The notes under the pieces were generated by a model. That model was given only the letters and a program-made list of their open reading frames with translations. It did not search any database and was not told the DNA's origin. A stretch of 64,000 bases of DNA from Macrostomum lignano (lineage: Eukaryota). The position numbers and the translations under genes are program-made. The stretch's first letter is position 1. The number at the start of each line of letters is the position of its first letter. Where the stretch lies: the NCBI GenBank assembly GCA_002269645.1, contig NIVC01000070.1, positions 1,093,494-1,157,493 of the forward strand, written 5' to 3'. Of this stretch, positions 62,179-64,000 are shown in pieces.

Positions 62179-64000
62179 AACTACGCACAGCTTCGTGTTA
62201 AAAGGCACAGATAAAAATATTGAACTAATTGAATCAATTCATTGCGCAACCGATTTCACAGTCAGTCAGTATCAGCCTCAGGTAAAGTTAACAAAAACAT
62301 TGCGCAATCTAAGTCAACCCTCTAATACACAGCAGCAGTGAGAAGTTCAACCCTCCCCCCAACAATCTTTGCAGATTAAAGTACAATCTTTGCAGAAAGT
62401 TAAAAGTATGGAAATAGTTTTTCAAATGCTGTGCTTTTTCTTTTTATATTTAAAGCAAACAACTTATATCCCCGAACTCAGCGTTGCAAGATCTTGCCAG
62501 CAATATAAGTATCTCTCTCAAAGTTTAAAACTCGAGGAACAGTTGCCGTTTCTAATTTCCCAATTTCCCGACTGCTTGCCTGAGAGGCTCGCAATTTTGT
62601 ACATTGAATTTCACTGCCAAGCTAATACACAGGGCCGATAATAAAAAAGTGAACCAATTGAATCAATTGATTGCGCAATATATTTCTGTGTTAGTCAGTA
62701 TAAGTCTCAGTTAAAGTTAACAAAAAGTTTGCGCAATCTAATCAACCCTCCAATACAAAGCAACTGACCCCCTTCCTATACACAGCGCCAGTTGGAAGTC
62801 GAAACCCCCAACTTTATCTCTCACCTCTCGCCAAAATGAGTACAATCTTTGCAGAAAGTTTAAAGTATGGAAATAGTTTTTGCAATGCAGAGCTTTTAGT
62901 TTTTCATATTTAAAGCAAACAATTTATATCCCTGAAATCAGCTTTGCAAGTTCTTTCCAGCAATATAAATTTTTTCTCTCAAAGTTAAAAACTCGAGCAA
63001 CAGTTTGCGTTTGAAACTTTCTGATTTAAAGCATTGAAATATCGATTGTACGTTCACTGCCTGCTAAAGAGGCCCGCAAGTTTATGCATTGAATTTCAAG
63101 GTTCAACAAAATCACGGCTGCCTATTGAAAATTAGAACACAAATCTTTGCGCAATTGTCTATACAGTCAGCCAGTGAGCCAGGGTCCGATTGTACACAGG
63201 CAGCCATTTAGAACGCCCCATCCCCCACTGGAGAGAAAATACACTGCAGAGATAGGGAAAAGTTGTGGCGCAATCACTTGAAATTCATGCAAATTTTCAG
63301 CTCCAAGCAGAAAGAGGGGACAATTAAGATTATCAAAGTCAAGACCGCCGTTTTCTGGCTTTTTTGAGGATCTTAGAAATTAAAATTTCAGAATTAAAAT
63401 AGCCTATAGCCCGACCTCGGATAATTTCCAATCTTCCCATATAAGTTTCAACGCTGAGTTGGCACTATTCAAGGAGGAGTTGTCGAAATGACAGACAGAC
63501 AGACAGACAAACAACACGTCAACTTTAGTATATATAGAGAGTGGAACTCTCCTTCGGAGGAGAAAGGGGAAGAACTCCATCACCGGAATTCCATTCCCTG
63601 AATTATCCATCAACTTGAAATTCCATGTCTTGACCCATCTTCCAAATCGTCTCCAAATTCTTTACAAACCTTTCAAAGAACCATAGCTCAAAGACTCTTA
63701 CGTCTCTCATATCTACCTCTCCTCTCTTCGCTATTATCGTGACTCGCTTCTCTCTCCTCTCTCTCATCTCATCTCTACCCCTACTCTCTTATTTATCTCT
63801 ACTCCTTATTTATCTTTCTCCCTCGTCTTTCTTCTGTACACTCTCCTGTCTACTCTCCTATCTTCTATCTTATCTCTCCCTTTTCTCTCCTCTCTCATAT
63901 CTCATCTCTAAATCACTCTATCTATCGTCTCCGCTCTACTTTCTCTCTTCCCTTTTCTCTCTTCTCTCTGCTCTCATTTCTCGTATCTCTTATACGCTCT

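Larger units (their letters stand above)
52472..64000 (-). mobile_element. Head-to-tail array of non-autonomous Helitron/Helentron-like units: U1 52472-54978, U2 54979-57751, U3 57752-60553, U4 60554-63537, U5 63538 to window end
   Basis: Each junction reads, on the minus strand, hairpin CTCCTCC-N3-GGAGGAG + ~5 nt + CTCG directly followed by the next unit's TATATACTAAAG-like start and, in U2-U4, a (TCTG)n tract. Each full unit has a CT-rich ~1-kb block, GAAATCCTCTCCGTGAAACTGA repeats, a (TTAGGG)n tract and one or two AT-rich modules. Confidence 0.75.

Overview
Eukaryotic (metazoan) genomic DNA: GC-rich spliced exons, AT-rich spacers and many tandem repeats. The style resembles repeat-rich flatworm genomes such as Macrostomum, but that is inference. 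Recognisable genes: the 5' part of phosphorylase kinase alpha (minus, runs off the left edge), two tandem type-II glutamine synthetases with identical intron positions, transformer-2 and NELF-B/COBRA1. Unidentified genes: a four-TM membrane protein and one or two minus-strand genes at 28-32 kb. Mobile DNA: a complete 3.2-kb gag-only LTR element (apparently identical 917-bp LTRs, PBS, PPT, 4-bp TSD, no pol), a TA-flanked foldback MITE, an 8-bp-TSD TIR element, a hAT-like element with an internal hairpin array, and, from 49.2 kb to the window end, a head-to-tail stack of non-autonomous Helitron-like units, four of which carry (TTAGGG)n. Most large introns hold a private minisatellite, and in two introns the repeat unit is an amplified copy of the 5' splice junction. 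All of this comes from manual reading; no database searches or alignments were run.
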